Below are positions 36,331 through 39,433 of a DNA stretch of 39,433 bases, piece after piece; the stretch's first letter is position 1; each line of letters starts with the position of its first letter. Origin of the DNA: Aphanothece sp. (GTDB lineage: Bacteria; Cyanobacteriota; Cyanobacteriia; PCC-6307; Cyanobiaceae); assembly GCA_040381675.1 (NCBI GenBank), contig JBEIGX010000001.1:1-39433 (forward strand), read 5' to 3'. A program made the translations under genes and the position numbers. The notes below the pieces were generated by a model. It saw only the letters and a program-made list of their open reading frames with translations, did no database searches and was not told the DNA's origin.

Positions 36331-36864
36331 TCAGTCGCATTCCAGGCTGTCCTTCGTGGACACCCCGGTCTGGGGATGGGCCCCCTCGGCCCTGGCACAG
36401 AGGGCTCGACGCTGGGCCCGATCGAGAACAGCACCACTGAAATCCGCATTGGCAATCTCGGCATCGGTGAAGCGGCTCTGCATCAACATGGCGTTGCGTA
36501 GCAGGGCCCCCCGCAGATCGGCCTTGTCCAGGCGGGTGGCATACACCACCGCATCCTGCAGATCAACCTCCCGCAGATCGGCCCCCTGAAGATTGCTGCC
36601 GTTGAAGACAGCACCCCGCAGGTCCGAGCCATGAAAATCAACCCCCTCCAGGTCGGATTTGAGGAACTCCTGCTGTTGCAGGTTGCGACCATGCATATCG
36701 GGCTCGATTTGCTGCAGCGACCGCTGCCCCCTCAACTCCGGGGCCGTGATGGCCAGGGCTGAAGGGGGAAAGAGCAAGGCAACGCCCAGCACAAGAAGAA
36801 GAGCCTTTCTCCAGATCCAGGAAGGGATGGGGGATGACTCCATAGACATGGCCGTTCGAGGCAT
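36331..36864 (-). CDS. Pentapeptide-repeat protein, probably lumenal/periplasmic
   Basis: Signal ending SALA, repeats of the A(D/N)LxG type (SDLRG AVFNG SNLQG ADLRE) and a C-terminal Cys pair. Start may be 36849 or 36843. Confidence 0.88.
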   Translation of the reverse strand: MPRTAMSMESSPIPSWIWRKALLLVLGVALLFPPSALAITAPELRGQRSLQQIEPDMHGRNLQQQEFLKSDLEGVDFHGSDLRGAVFNGSNLQGADLREVDLQDAVVYATRLDKADLRGALLRNAMLMQSRFTDAEIANADFSGAVLDRAQRRALCARAEGAHPQTGVSTKDSLECD

Positions 36865-36903
36865 GGCTTCAGCTCTACGCTTCAGGCTCAAGTTATGGCA
36901 GCC

Positions 36904-37584
36904 ATGGCCCTGTCGTTGCGGGTGGTGGTCCCCCCCCATCCCCTGATCGCCCACTGGCTCACAATCCTGCGGGATCGCTCCACCCCCTCCCCCCTCTTCG
37001 CCACCGCCATGGGAGAACTGGGGCGGTGGCTCACCTATGAAGCGCTCCGCGACTGGATTCCCCATGGCTCGGTTCAGGTGGAGACCCCCTTTGGCACGAC
37101 GGAAGGCACGGTGATCGATCCAGCCATCCCTCTGCTGGCCGTTCCCGTGCTTCGTGGGGGCCTGGGCCTCTGGCAAGGGGCCCAGGGGGTGGTGCCCACT
37201 GCCCGGGTGTGCCATGTGGGCCTGGATGCCCCTCCAAATCAGCCTCCCCACTGGTATCTCGACGACCTGCCCGCCGTGATTGACCAACGGGTGGGGGTGC
37301 TGGTGTGGCTTCCCCAGCTGGCGTCCGGGCGCACCCTGCTGGCTCTCCTGGAGCGGCTGCGGCGCTCCGGAGTTGAAGGGGCGCGGCTGAGGGTGATCAC
37401 CTCTCTGGCCTCCTCCCCAGGGCTGAAGGCTGTCGGGGAGGCCACGGATTCACTGACCATTTATTGCGCTTGTATCGATCCTGAGCTCAATGAACAGGGG
37501 CAGATCCTTCCAGGATTCGGGGATCCTGTCCAAAGGCTGTATGGATCGGGCGCCCCAGGGGCAGACAACAGAGTTGGCACCTAG
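36904..37584 (+). CDS. upp: Uracil phosphoribosyltransferase
   Basis: PPHPLIAHWLTILRD, ELGRWLTYEA, VPVLRGG, LASGRT and IDPELNEQGQILPGFGD. Confidence 0.88.
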   Translation: MALSLRVVVPPHPLIAHWLTILRDRSTPSPLFATAMGELGRWLTYEALRDWIPHGSVQVETPFGTTEGTVIDPAIPLLAVPVLRGGLGLWQGAQGVVPTARVCHVGLDAPPNQPPHWYLDDLPAVIDQRVGVLVWLPQLASGRTLLALLERLRRSGVEGARLRVITSLASSPGLKAVGEATDSLTIYCACIDPELNEQGQILPGFGDPVQRLYGSGAPGADNRVGT

Positions 37585-37604
37585 GCTGAGGTCACTTCCT
37601 GCCC

Positions 37605-37928
37605 ATGGCCGACTCCATGCCAGAGCCCCAGCGCCCCTCCGCTGCTTCGGCTGGCGCCCCGATGCTCACCAGCACCCTTCTCGGTGCCCTGGCAGGGGCC
37701 GGTGGGCTGGCCTGGTGGCTCTGGAGGCAGAGCCAACGCAGGCAACTGGCGGAGCGGGAGCGGCGCTTGCTTCGTCTGTCCCGTTTCCAGGGTGGGGTGG
37801 TGACGGAAGAGCCCATCCTGTCGGACGACACCAGCAAAGCGGACGCGTTGCCCGAGAGAGTGCAACAACTCAACCAGGCGATTGAAGAGGTGAGACGACA
37901 GCTGGAAGCGCTTGAAGCCCAGTCCTGA
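37605..37928 (+). CDS. Hypothetical membrane-anchored coiled-coil protein
   Basis: Hydrophobic LLGALAGAGGLAWWLW followed by a heptad-like VQQLNQAIEEVRRQLEAL. Confidence 0.75.
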   Translation: MADSMPEPQRPSAASAGAPMLTSTLLGALAGAGGLAWWLWRQSQRRQLAERERRLLRLSRFQGGVVTEEPILSDDTSKADALPERVQQLNQAIEEVRRQLEALEAQS

Positions 37929-38015
37929 CGGTTGTTTCCCCTGAACAGGACCGGTAAAGAACGGCCAGCCCAACGGCAACGACCGCAGTAGGGTCGATGG
38001 ATTGGTCGAGCCAAC

Positions 38016-39433
38016 ATGTTGCGATCCGACGCCATCACCCAGGGGATTCAACGGTCTCCGAACCGGGCCATGCTGCGTGCCGTGGGATTTGGGGATGGGG
38101 ATTTTGGTAAACCGATCATCGGAATTGCCAACGGATACAGCACGATCACGCCCTGCAACATCGGACTCAATGACCTAGCCCAGCGGGCAGAGGAGGCCGC
38201 CCATCGCTCCGGGGCCATGCCCCAGATGTTTGGCACGATCACCGTCAGCGATGGGATTTCCATGGGCACAGAGGGGATGCGCTATTCCCTGGTGTCCCGA
38301 GAAGTGATTGCCGACTCGATTGAAACCGCCTGCAATGCCCAGAGCATGGATGGTCTGCTGGCCATCGGTGGGTGCGACAAAAACATGCCAGGCGCCATGT
38401 TGGCCATGGCCCGCATGAACATCCCAGCGGTATTTGTCTACGGCGGCACCATCAAACCAGGGAAGCTTGGCGCCTGCGATCTCACCGTGGTAAGCGCCTT
38501 CGAGGCCGTGGGCCAGTACAGCGGCGGTCGAATCGATGTAGACCAACTCACCGCCATCGAGAAAAATGCCTGCCCTGGGGCAGGCAGCTGCGGCGGGATG
38601 TTCACGGCCAACACCATGAGTGCGGCCTTCGAGGCCATGGGTCTGAGCCTTCCCTACAGCTCCACGATGGCGGCGGAGGATCAGGAGAAGGCCGATAGCG
38701 CCGCCCGCAGCGCCGAGGTGCTGGTGGAGGCCATCGCCAACAACATCCGCCCCCGCGACCTGCTCACCCGCGAGGCCTTTGAGAACGCCATCAGTGTGAT
38801 CATGGCGGTGGGTGGCTCCACCAATTCCGTGCTCCACCTTCTGGCGGTGGCCCGCACCGCAGAGGTGCCTTTGGTGATCGAAGACTTTGAGACCATCCGG
38901 CAACGGGTGCCCGTGATCTGCGATCTCAAACCCAGTGGCCGCTACGTCACGGTCGACCTCCATAGAGCCGGAGGCATTCCCCAGGTGATGAAGCTGCTGC
39001 TGAACGCCGGCCTGCTCCATGGCGACTGCCGAACGGTGGAAGGACGCACGCTTCGAGAGGTGCTGGCCGACGTGCCCGATGCACCTCCGGAGGGACAGGA
39101 CGTGATTCATCCACTCCACAACCCCCTCTATGCGAAGGGCCATCTGGCGATTCTCAAGGGCAACCTGGCCACCGAGGGCAGCGTCGCCAAAATCAGTGGG
39201 GTCAAGACCCCCATCCTCACGGGTCCTGCCCGGGTGTTCGAGAGCGAGGAAAGCTGCCTGGAAGCGATTCTGGCAGGCCAAATCCTGGCTGGAGACGTGG
39301 TTGTGATCCGCCACGAGGGACCGGTGGGCGGACCTGGCATGCGGGAAATGCTGGCACCCACGGCGGCCATCGTGGGCCAAGGCCTTGGCGACAAGGTGGC
39401 GTTGATCACCGATGGACGCTTTTCCGGTGGGAC
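38016..39433 (+). CDS. ilvD: Dihydroxy-acid dehydratase, 3'-truncated by window end
   Basis: Manual translation from ATG 38016 gives [25 protein letters not shown]...TPCN...VSDGISMG...CDKNMPG...[11 protein letters not shown]...GGSTN...GPGMREM...[15 protein letters not shown] -10-like element at 37989. Confidence 0.96.
   Translation, partial: MLRSDAITQGIQRSPNRAMLRAVGFGDGDFGKPIIGIANGYSTITPCNIGLNDLAQRAEEAAHRSGAMPQMFGTITVSDGISMGTEGMRYSLVSREVIADSIETACNAQSMDGLLAIGGCDKNMPGAMLAMARMNIPAVFVYGGTIKPGKLGACDLTVVSAFEAVGQYSGGRIDVDQLTAIEKNACPGAGSCGGMFTANTMSAAFEAMGLSLPYSSTMAAEDQEKADSAARSAEVLVEAIANNIRPRDLLTREAFENAISVIMAVGGSTNSVLHLLAVARTAEVPLVIEDFETIRQRVPVICDLKPSGRYVTVDLHRAGGIPQVMKLLLNAGLLHGDCRTVEGRTLREVLADVPDAPPEGQDVIHPLHNPLYAKGHLAILKGNLATEGSVAKISGVKTPILTGPARVFESEESCLEAILAGQILAGDVVVIRHEGPVGGPGMREMLAPTAAIVGQGLGDKVALITDGRFSGG

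Noticed and set aside
36331-37287. 318-aa version of the pentapeptide-repeat ORF
   Set aside because: The N-terminal half is antisense to upp; the signal peptide places the true start near 36843-36864.

Overview
High-GC picocyanobacterial chromosome segment, most likely Cyanobium / Synechococcus subcluster 5.2-like (apcD, pxcA, psb32, a CCB2/4-family gene and a SigF-type sigma factor are present). It is densely packed with core genes: partial cobN, ilvE-metH, gpsA-phzF-spoIID-Ap4A phosphorylase, sigF, a DUF3370-like gene, a J-domain protein, apcD, rlmD, pheT, rpmG-rpsR-rnb, metG-lptC, psb32-pxcA-cobU-trmL, tRNA-Met, peroxiredoxin, purSQ, a cobalamin riboswitch-hupE/ureJ-cobW unit, upp and partial ilvD. 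I found no integrase, transposase, prophage or CRISPR array. The most notable observations are: (1) a LysM-M23 peptidase split at a C11 tract ending in CCC-TGA, and a second secreted protein whose start is out of frame across a C7 tract; (2) a J-domain protein with an apparent N-terminal ribbon-helix-helix domain beside an ~870-bp gene-free region rich in GTCTYG motifs, hairpins and an SD-led mini-ORF; (3) a cobalamin riboswitch with a hairpin inserted in a normally short loop; (4) an identical 10-mer in the divergent pheT and rpmG leaders. All calls come from reading the sequence and recalled family motifs; no database searches were run.
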